The notes under the pieces were generated by a model, which was not told where the DNA came from, did not search any database, and was given only the letters and a program-made list of their open reading frames with translations. Source: Deltaproteobacteria bacterium HGW-Deltaproteobacteria-19 (GTDB taxonomy: Bacteria > Desulfobacterota > Syntrophia > Syntrophales > PHBD01). From it: 64,000 nucleotides of DNA. Of this stretch, positions 1 through 7,110 are shown piece by piece. Each line of letters begins with the position of its first letter. The stretch's first letter is position 1. Location of the stretch: assembly GCA_002841865.1 (NCBI GenBank), contig PHBD01000001.1:151001-215000 (forward strand), in the 5' to 3' direction. The position numbers and the translations under genes were made by a program.

Positions 1-677
1 CTCATCCGGTATGTGAAGCCCAGTGTCTGTTCACGGGCCGCAGTCCCGGAGAGGGATACCGTGATCTGCCATGTAGATTTGCGGCGGTCCGGCAGGGCGG
101 CCCTTTCCGCCTCGACTTCGCGGAGGCGCTGCCCGGTCCTGCCAAGGCTTTCCTGGAGGGCGATTTTCTCCTGTCCGGCCTTGCGGATGTTCCGGCCGAT
201 GGCAGCGGCCATGTTCTGGGCGTCGGCAAGGGTCTTTGTTTTGGCCTTGGTCTGGAGCTGCCAGAACTGGATTTGGGACTCTGTCGCGAGAATCGCAGCC
301 CGGATCCGGGCGTCCTCATCTCGCAGTTTTGCCGCCTTTTTCTCGATTTCCGCTTCTTTCGGTCCCAGCGGTGTCTCGATCCGCTTCACCTGGTAGTCCT
401 CGACCCGGCAGGACCCCGCCGGCAGGCAGCCGATGGTCAGCGTGGCAGGGTCCGCCGATCCGGGAAGGGTAAAATTCGCCGACGCCAGGCTGCCGGCCGA
501 GGATGGAAGTTTAGCATGGACCATCTCGGTAATCCGCGCGGAGTCCGGATAGAGGGTCACCTCGACGGGGACGGCGAGCAGCGGGGACGGTCCGATGAGA
601 ACAAGCAGGCCCAGGAAAAAGGGGAATCCACGCCTGGCGGCTCGGTACAGCTTTTTTTCTCCCGCTTTCCCGATCAT
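1..677 (-). CDS. DUF4139/DUF4140 (mucoidy inhibitor MuiA-like) secreted protein, N-terminal part; runs off the window edge
   Basis: Not in the ORF track. Manual translation from ATG at 677 (ATGA overlap with upstream stop) is open to position 1: hydrophobic leader (GFPFFLGLLVLIGPSPLLA), then VEVTLYPDSARITE, a coiled-coil (EIEKKAAKLRDEDARIRAAI...QIQFWQ) and WQITVSLSG, the DUF4140 N-terminal layout. Confidence 0.75.
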   Translation of the reverse strand, partial: MIGKAGEKKLYRAARRGFPFFLGLLVLIGPSPLLAVPVEVTLYPDSARITEMVHAKLPSSAGSLASANFTLPGSADPATLTIGCLPAGSCRVEDYQVKRIETPLGPKEAEIEKKAAKLRDEDARIRAAILATESQIQFWQLQTKAKTKTLADAQNMAAAIGRNIRKAGQEKIALQESLGRTGQRLREVEAERAALPDRRKSTWQITVSLSGTAAREQTLGFTYRM

Positions 678-2011
678 GGTTTCACCGTGCGGTCTGTCTG
701 GATTGTCCGGCCGATCCGGCGCACCTCTTCCATGACGGCGGGCAGGTCGATCGTCAGGAGGCGCCTGTCTTTCATGACGACTTTCCCTCCGACAATGGCT
801 GTCGTAACATCGGAGCCTTGGGCGGCATACACCAGGTGAGAGTACAAGTTGTACAGCGGCGTGAAATGAGGCTTCTCCATGTCGATGAGGATCAGGTCGG
901 CCCATTTCCCGGGTTCGACGGACCCGATCTCCCGCTCCAGGCCGAGGACCTTCGCCCCTTCGATGGTGGCCATGCGGAGGACCGTGGCGGCGTCCATGGC
1001 CGTTGGATCCATTTCGGTCAGCTTGTGGATTTTTGCCGCCGTTCCGATCTCCCCGAACAGGTCCAGGTCGTTGTTGCTGGCGCAGCCGTCGGTCCCCAGG
1101 CCGACGGCGATCCCACGCCGGAGCATTTTCGGGACGGGAGCCATCCCGGAGGCGAGCTTCAGGTTGCTCTCCGGGTTGTGGGACACCTTCACACCCCGCG
1201 TCGCCATCAGGTCCAGCTCGTCCTCTTCAATCCAGTTGCAGTGGACGGCGATTGTTTTCTCGTCCAGAACACCGATGGAATCCAGGTACTGGACGGGAGA
1301 CTTCCCGAAGCGCTCCCGGATGATGTGCACTTCCTCACGGGTCTCCGACAGGTGCGTCTGGAAGGGCACGCCGATTCGGCGGGCCGTTTCCTTGATGGTC
1401 GTCAGTGTCCCCGTCGAACAGGTGTAAGGCGTATGACAGAAGAGGGAAGGGGTGACCAGGGGCGAGCGGTCCCGCCAGGTTCCGACGAACTTCTCGGCAA
1501 TCTCGATCTGCCGGGAGGGGTCCGGGCTGTCGGGGGTGGGAAAATCGATGAAGCCCTGGGCGATGACGCCTCGCATGCCCGCGTCCACGGCGGCCCGGGC
1601 AGCGGAGCCGCTGTAGAAGTAGCTGTCGCAGAAGGTTGTCGTGCCGGAGAGGATCATCTCCGCGATGGCCAGCGAGGTCCCGGCATAGACCATTTCCCGG
1701 TTCACGTATTTCGCCTCGGCGGGCCAGATGTGCCGTTCCAGCCACTCCATCAGGGGCAGGTCGTCGGCGAGCCCGCGGAAACAGACCATCGCCGCGTGAG
1801 TATGGGTGTTCACGAGTCCGGGCAGGATGGTGCAGCCCTTGGCGTCCAACCGTTCCCGAGCTTCCGGCATTTCGGCCGTTCCGGATTTGACGAAGACGAT
1901 CCGCCCCTCCCGGATTCCGATCACGGGATTCTCCAGGAGATCCATCGTCCCGTTCATCGTCAGGAGGGTCCCACCGGTGACGAGCAGGTCCAATGGTTCG
2001 CAGTTCATCAT
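674..2011 (-). CDS. mtaD: Amidohydrolase, 5-methylthioadenosine/S-adenosylhomocysteine deaminase family (copy 2)
   Basis: PGLVNTHTHAAM metal motif, DDLPLMEWLE, HLSE, GTDGCASNNDLD, GSVEPGKWADL. Confidence 0.85.
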   Translation of the reverse strand: MMNCEPLDLLVTGGTLLTMNGTMDLLENPVIGIREGRIVFVKSGTAEMPEARERLDAKGCTILPGLVNTHTHAAMVCFRGLADDLPLMEWLERHIWPAEAKYVNREMVYAGTSLAIAEMILSGTTTFCDSYFYSGSAARAAVDAGMRGVIAQGFIDFPTPDSPDPSRQIEIAEKFVGTWRDRSPLVTPSLFCHTPYTCSTGTLTTIKETARRIGVPFQTHLSETREEVHIIRERFGKSPVQYLDSIGVLDEKTIAVHCNWIEEDELDLMATRGVKVSHNPESNLKLASGMAPVPKMLRRGIAVGLGTDGCASNNDLDLFGEIGTAAKIHKLTEMDPTAMDAATVLRMATIEGAKVLGLEREIGSVEPGKWADLILIDMEKPHFTPLYNLYSHLVYAAQGSDVTTAIVGGKVVMKDRRLLTIDLPAVMEEVRRIGRTIQTDRTVKP

Positions 2012-3333
2012 TTCGCCATGCTCCGCTTCACCCGCTCGGCGATCCGCAGGACCCGCTCCATTGCCTCGTTCACGTCGATCGTGAGGAGCTTTCGGTTTTC
2101 CATGACCAATCTCCCGTTGATGAGGACCGTGTCAACGTCGGAGCCGTTCACGGCGTAGACCAGATGGGAGTATTCGCTGTACATGGGGGTCAGGTGCGGC
2201 TTGTCGAGCTTCACCAGGGCGAGATCGGCCTTCATGCCCGGACGGATGGACCCGACCAGATGATCCAGGCCAAGGACCTTCGCTCCGTTGCAGGTGGCCA
2301 TCCGGAGGACCGTCCGGGCCGACATGACCGTTGGGTCCAGGCGGGCTGACTTCTCCAACTTGGCCGCCGTGTCCATCTCCTGGAACATGTCGAGATTGTT
2401 GTTGCTGGCGCAGCCGTCCGTTCCCAGTCCGACCTTGATGCCCGCTTCCAGCATGCGGGAGACCGGTGCCACGCCGGAAGCCAGCTTCATGTTGCTCTCC
2501 GGGTTGTGCACGACCTTGCAGCCGTGGTCCGCGAAGAGGCGGATGTCCTCGTCGTCCATGTAGACACCATGGAAGACGAAGAAGCGCTCGTCGAGATAGC
2601 CAATCTCCTGCAGAAAAGCGGAGGCCCGCCGGCCCAGCTTCTCCTGGACGATTCCGGGTTCCGTCATGTTTTCGAGATAGTGGGTCGCCACGGGAACGCC
2701 GTAAGCGTCGGCCAGAGCCTTGGCGTCCTTGAGAAGGGTCGGGGAACAGGTATAGAGGGCATGGGGTTCGACGACGACATTCACGAGGGGATCGTCGGCC
2801 CACTTTTGGATCAGCATCTCCGTGTAGCGCAGGCCCTCGCCGGGGGTCTTGACGTTGGGGGAGGGGAAGTCGAAGAGGACTTCGCCCAGGAGGCAGCGCA
2901 TGCCCGCCTCATGGGCCGCTCGGGCCGTCTCGTTCTCGAAGATATACATGTCGCAGAAGGTGGTTGTCCCCGAGAGGATCATCTCCGCACAGGCCAGGAG
3001 GCTCCCCCAGTAGGCCAGTTCCGGATCCACATTTCTGGCCTCGGCGGGGAAGATGTAGTTGCTCAGCCAGTCCATCAGGTCCAGGTCGTCGGCGATCCCC
3101 CGGAAACAGGTCATGGCCGCGTGGGTATGGGAATTCACGAGACCCGGGAGGAGGAGGCAGTTGACACCGTCGATGCGTTTCCGCGCAGTGTACTCCCGGT
3201 CGATCTCCTCCGGTGTTCCCACGGCGGCGATGGAATCGCCGACGACGGCAACGGCACCCCGCTCCAGGATGGTATCCTTATCGTCAAGGAGCAGGACATG
3301 CGCTCCCGAGAGGACAACGTCGGCATCTTTCAT
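2008..3333 (-). CDS. mtaD: Amidohydrolase, MTA/SAH deaminase family (copy 1)
   Basis: NSHTHAAM, HYLE, GTDGCASNNNLD. Start moved to ATG 3333 because GGAGG lies just upstream; ATGA-type overlap with the next gene. Confidence 0.85.
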   Translation of the reverse strand: MKDADVVLSGAHVLLLDDKDTILERGAVAVVGDSIAAVGTPEEIDREYTARKRIDGVNCLLLPGLVNSHTHAAMTCFRGIADDLDLMDWLSNYIFPAEARNVDPELAYWGSLLACAEMILSGTTTFCDMYIFENETARAAHEAGMRCLLGEVLFDFPSPNVKTPGEGLRYTEMLIQKWADDPLVNVVVEPHALYTCSPTLLKDAKALADAYGVPVATHYLENMTEPGIVQEKLGRRASAFLQEIGYLDERFFVFHGVYMDDEDIRLFADHGCKVVHNPESNMKLASGVAPVSRMLEAGIKVGLGTDGCASNNNLDMFQEMDTAAKLEKSARLDPTVMSARTVLRMATCNGAKVLGLDHLVGSIRPGMKADLALVKLDKPHLTPMYSEYSHLVYAVNGSDVDTVLINGRLVMENRKLLTIDVNEAMERVLRIAERVKRSMAK

Positions 3334-3555
3334 GGAGTTCCTCCGGAAATGGAATGTGAGGCGCACTGCTTGTAGCACATCATCCGGAATCCCTTCAAGA
3401 ATGAAAACGCTGGAATTCCCGGTTTGTCCGTGTGTCGCGGCAAGACGGCCGCAACAGGTTCAAGCGGAAGGAATCGGATCCCGGTTGACAGGTATTCACG
3501 GATGACATACTTGCCAGAACATGAAACTCGACCAGCAAAATACCCGTGAATCGGC

Positions 3556-4512
3556 ATGAAGGCCCTTTTCTTTGACGGTACGCTCCGGTTTTGTACAGAC
3601 GTCCCCGAGCCACTGCGGCCGGAAGGATGGGCGCGGATTCGCGTTCTGAAGGCGGGCATCTGCGGGACGGACCTGCAGATTCTTGCCGGTTATCACGGCT
3701 ATCGGGGAATCCTGGGGCACGAATTCGTCGGGGTTGTAGAGGAAAGCGACGATTCATCCATGGCCGGCCGGCGTGTCGTCGGAGAGATCAACATCGGATG
3801 TGGTCGTTGCAACTTCTGCCGCTCCGGGATGGCGCGGCACTGCCTTGAGCGTCGTGTTCCGGGCATCGCCGGCCATCCTGGCTGCATGGCGGAATTCTGC
3901 ACCCTTCCTTCCTCCAATCTCCATCCCGTGCCCGACGCGATTGGCGACGAACGGGCCGTATTCATCGAGCCGCTCGCTGCGGCCTGCGAGATCCTGGAGC
4001 AGGTGCCGCTCACGGGAAGCGAACGGACGGTGGTTCTGGGGGACGGCCGGCTCGGCATACTCTGCGCCTGGGTCCTGTCAACGGTACTGGAGGAGGTGAC
4101 CCTTGTTGGACACCATCCGGCAAAGTTGGAGGCGGCCCACTGGCGTAGCGTAAAGACCTGCGATGCGCTTGGCGATGTGGATCGGAATGTGGATCTCGTC
4201 GTCGAGGCCACCGGGACTGGACGCGGCCTTGAAGAGGCGATCACTCTATGCAGGCCCCGGGGAATAATCATCCTGAAAACCACCATTGCCCAGCCGTTCA
4301 AGATCGATCTGGCGCCAGTTGTCGTCAGGGAGATCACTGTCGTCGGATCCCGCTGTGGCCGCTTCAGTGACGGACTGCAGATCCTCCTTGCCCACCCGGA
4401 TCTGCCGCTTGAACGACTGATCACAGGGCGGTATCCGCTGGAGAAGGGAATCGAGGCCTTCGTGCAGGCAAGGCGGCGAGAAAATCTGAAGGTGCTCCTG
4501 GAAGTCCTTTAG
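3556..4512 (+). CDS. Zinc-dependent alcohol dehydrogenase (MDR superfamily)
   Basis: GICGTD and GHE catalytic Zn motifs, CGRCNFC-x7-C structural Zn, GDGRLG Rossmann motif. Confidence 0.88.
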   Translation: MKALFFDGTLRFCTDVPEPLRPEGWARIRVLKAGICGTDLQILAGYHGYRGILGHEFVGVVEESDDSSMAGRRVVGEINIGCGRCNFCRSGMARHCLERRVPGIAGHPGCMAEFCTLPSSNLHPVPDAIGDERAVFIEPLAAACEILEQVPLTGSERTVVLGDGRLGILCAWVLSTVLEEVTLVGHHPAKLEAAHWRSVKTCDALGDVDRNVDLVVEATGTGRGLEEAITLCRPRGIIILKTTIAQPFKIDLAPVVVREITVVGSRCGRFSDGLQILLAHPDLPLERLITGRYPLEKGIEAFVQARRRENLKVLLEVL

Positions 4513-4538
4513 AACCGAGTGTTTTCAAGACATTCGCC

Positions 4539-4567
4539 TTGACACCCTCGGGGAAAACCGTTAAGAA
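4539..4567 (+). promoter_or_regulatory. Candidate sigma70 promoter for tRNA-Leu
   Basis: TTGACA (4539-4544), 17 nt spacer, TAAGAA, about 10 nt before the tRNA; the -10 match is weak. Confidence 0.45.
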
Positions 4568-4576
4568 CCGCACCAT

Positions 4577-4664
4577 GCCCGGGTGGCGGAACTGGTAGAC
4601 GCAAGGGACTTAAAATCCCTCGGTCCTTGAGGCTGTGCGGGTTCGATTCCCGCCCCGGGCACCA
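4577..4664 (+). tRNA. tRNA-Leu (anticodon TAA), with encoded CCA
   Basis: GCCCGGG acceptor stem pairs with CCCGGGC+ACCA; D-loop GGAACTGGTAGAC; anticodon arm AGGGA-CTTAAAA-TCCCT; long variable arm; T-loop GGTTCGATTCC. Confidence 0.97.
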
Positions 4665-4746
4665 AATGAAAACGGGGGCTTACACGGCATGATGGGATCT
4701 GACCCATTGGCATAGTTCCAAATAACCGTCTATCCGCTGAAGGTTT

Positions 4747-4968
4747 TCAATCTCTGAAACCCTCGATCCCCGCTTCAAGTCTCCCATCAATGTATGTCCG
4801 TATGGGAGGTGTTGTGATTTCAGGAACGCGCATCTCTTCAAATGCGGTTTTCAGGTGCGTGACGCTACGTTCCGCCCGGACCTCGGTCTTTGTGAACTCC
4901 CGATAGGGTTTTCCGTTCCGGTAATACTTGATCCACCAGACCTCGCCGCGCTTGTAAAGGCTTCCCGT
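4747..4968 (-). pseudogene. Remnant of a phage/island tyrosine integrase (N-terminal arm-binding plus part of core-binding domain)
   Basis: AAAGGAGG RBS, then ACG in place of ATG; translates (T)GSLYKRGEVWWIKYYRNGKPYREFTKTE...VTHLKTAFEEMRVPEITTPPIRTYIDGRLEAG, stop after 73 codons, no catalytic domain; about 80 bp from the tRNA 3' end and pointing toward it. Confidence 0.75.
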
Positions 4969-5023
4969 CGCGCTTGACCTCCTTTCCCGTCTTCTGTTTC
5001 GTTTCCTCCTTGCCGCTCCCTAT

Positions 5024-5658
5024 GTGAAAGTCGCAAAGAACCAGCAGCCTTATGTCAAGTTCGTGTTGGCCATCGAGCAGAAGATCAGCAATCCCGTCCG
5101 CGCAATTCTTCCCATAAGAATGGGAGGCCGTGACATGACGGGCAGGATCATTCTCGTCGGCACGCTGCGTTTCTGGCCATTGATATCGTTGATTCGACGG
5201 GAATGAAAGTGGACGAGGAGAAGGCCGTCGTTCAGCACGACTTCATTCAGTACCGGAATTTTGTCAGCCAGATCCTGACCGATCACAAGTGCCTGAAGTC
5301 GACCTGGACGCCTGACGGTGTCATGACCTGCTTTCCCACCGTTGATGGTGCCGCCCTTGCCGCCACCGACGTAATCAGCGGCCTGGAGGCATACAACCGG
5401 GACGTCAAACAGATGCGGCGGGACTTCTCGGTCCGGTGCGGCGTAAACTCAGGTTTCGTCATCTTTGATGAATCCATGCCATTGGAGATGATCAGCGATC
5501 GCGCCATCGACATCGCGGGCCATATGCAGATGTATGCTGAGCCCAATACGGTTAATATCGCAAAGCCGGCCATTGAGCCTCTCCTTGAGCGAACAGGTTT
5601 CTCCCCGTCAGGGAAGGTAGTCGACGGACACGAAGTCTACGCTTGGAAAAAAGCATAA
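5024..5658 (+). pseudogene. Disrupted class III adenylate/guanylate cyclase family gene
   Basis: The frame of ORF 5203..5658 extends upstream through FLAIDIVDSTGMK (metal-binding DIVDST motif) to a TGA at 5131 with no ATG; DGVMTCF, VRCGVNSG and AIDIAGHMQ follow. A separate upstream frame (5024..5206) may be the N-terminus. Confidence 0.6.
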
Positions 5659-5766
5659 ACTGACCAGAACCGACCAGGAATACAATTCATGTCATTGGCT
5701 GAGATGCAGAGGCGTTCCGCTATCTACTCGCATGAGTGTAGAAATGCATAGTGGATCGGAACCATG

Positions 5767-5803
5767 AAGAGGGGGCTGGCCGGAAGGTTAAGCCCCCTCT
5801 TTT
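5767..5803. terminator. Intrinsic terminator hairpin between convergent units
   Basis: AAGAGGGGGCT (5767-5777) pairs with AGCCCCCTCTT (5791-5801), followed by T run. Confidence 0.7.
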
Positions 5804-5940
5804 ACAGTTCGGCTTTATTCCAGGTCCCCCAGAGACTCGAAAGCCCCGCCGGGCTGGGACCCGGGGGGCTGCTCGAGGAACACAGATCAGAAGTAGATCC
5901 GGTTGTTATGTCCTGTGCCCTTTGCGGGGCGCGTTTTGAA

Positions 5941-6180
5941 TCAGACGTCCTTTTTCTTGGACCAAGCCTCCTGGTAGAGCCGGCCGATGGTCGTCACCAG
6001 GGCCAGGAAGAACAGCCCCAGCATGAAGTTCGGGGCCGTCCCGAGGAGGTTGTCCAGGAGGTGCCCCACGTACAGGAAGAGGAAAGAGGCGATGCCGATC
6101 ACGAACCCCCAGGCGCTCAACATGAACACGTGCCGGAGCTGGTTGTACTGTTCCACTTGCTGTTTCCTGAGCGTTGTCAT
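5941..6180 (-). CDS. AtpZ/AtpI family (ATPase gene 1-like) small membrane protein
   Basis: 79 aa, two hydrophobic helices with G-x2-LD-x2-LGT-x-P-x-F pattern (VGHLLDNLLGTAPNFMLGLFFL); AAAGGAGG RBS. Confidence 0.75.
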   Translation of the reverse strand: MTTLRKQQVEQYNQLRHVFMLSAWGFVIGIASFLFLYVGHLLDNLLGTAPNFMLGLFFLALVTTIGRLYQEAWSKKKDV

Positions 6181-6288
6181 GATCCCTGCCTCCTTTCCCT
6201 TTCGTTCGTCCTTGAAGTCTGCCGTGTCTTTCGTTTGCCGAATGGGACGGACGGGGGAAGTTCCTCCCGTTTCATCCCTTCTGTTCGT

Positions 6289-6564
6289 TCAGCCGACGAG
6301 CCCCTTGATGGCGTCGATGACGGGGTTCGTGAAGAGGGCCACCAGGACCGTGTAGAGGGCGAAGGCGCCCACGGCCTCGTTGGTATACATCTTCTCAAAC
6401 TTGTGTTTCAGCGATACGATCGTCAGACCGCCCACGATCAGGCATCCCAGCTGGAAGAAGGGGAAGTTTCCCACACCTGCCGCCGTGTATTCCGCGAAGC
6501 TGAAAGTTGCCGTCAGAAGAACCACAATCCCTGCCACCATCATCGTTCCCAGTGTCTTTTTCAT
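6289..6564 (-). CDS. Small multi-pass membrane protein of unknown function (91 aa)
   Basis: GAGGAG RBS before ATG 6564; signal-like N-terminus plus two hydrophobic segments. The long 7035 start in the ORF track is not supported. Confidence 0.7.
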   Translation of the reverse strand: MKKTLGTMMVAGIVVLLTATFSFAEYTAAGVGNFPFFQLGCLIVGGLTIVSLKHKFEKMYTNEAVGAFALYTVLVALFTNPVIDAIKGLVG

Positions 6565-6611
6565 GATCTGTCTCCTCTCTGAGGGTTTTTGTTCTGTTTG
6601 ACTTTTAGTAT

Positions 6612-6627
6612 TGCGAAAGCTGTGCCA
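6612..6627 (-). promoter_or_regulatory. Candidate sigma54 (-24/-12) promoter
   Basis: Minus strand TGGCACAGCTTTCGCA; GG-N10-GC spacing, one mismatch to TGGCAC-N5-TTGCW; about 50 nt upstream of ATG 6564. Confidence 0.6.
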
Positions 6628-7110
6628 GGAGAGGGGACAATCCGCCGATGAAGTACAACCATATGATATGCAATAGAATAATGCGAAGGTGGGAAACTGT
6701 CGGAAAGATGAATAAGGCGTTCCGGTAGGGCTTCGGAGGATGTTTCGTTCAACCGACTTGAACGAAACAATCAGTGATCCCCCCTCCCGGACGGAAAGCC
6801 CGTCGGATGAGCATATGATCCGCTCTTCGATACTCCAAACTGGACTATTGTTTTCTTGTGGAGTAAAAAATGATGTACGATCAATCATAGAAATCCCGAC
6901 TCTCAAGGGGTGCAAGTGCCTGTGAAGGCCCCGTGGAAAGGGATGTCCGGCGATGGTTCCAAGTGTCCTTCGGGTGCAGGCTGAAACCGGTGCCAGAGGG
7001 CATGACACCATGCACAATGGCGAAATCATTGTCATCCGTTTGGATTCCCTTTTCTACAGTTCCTTGGATCAAAGACTCCGACAGTGGAAAGATGGAAAGA
7101 GGATCTCAAT

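Noticed and set aside
4640-4664. Second copy of the tRNA-Leu 3' end (attR) downstream
   Set aside because: None found by eye, so island boundaries are not called. An exact string search is needed.
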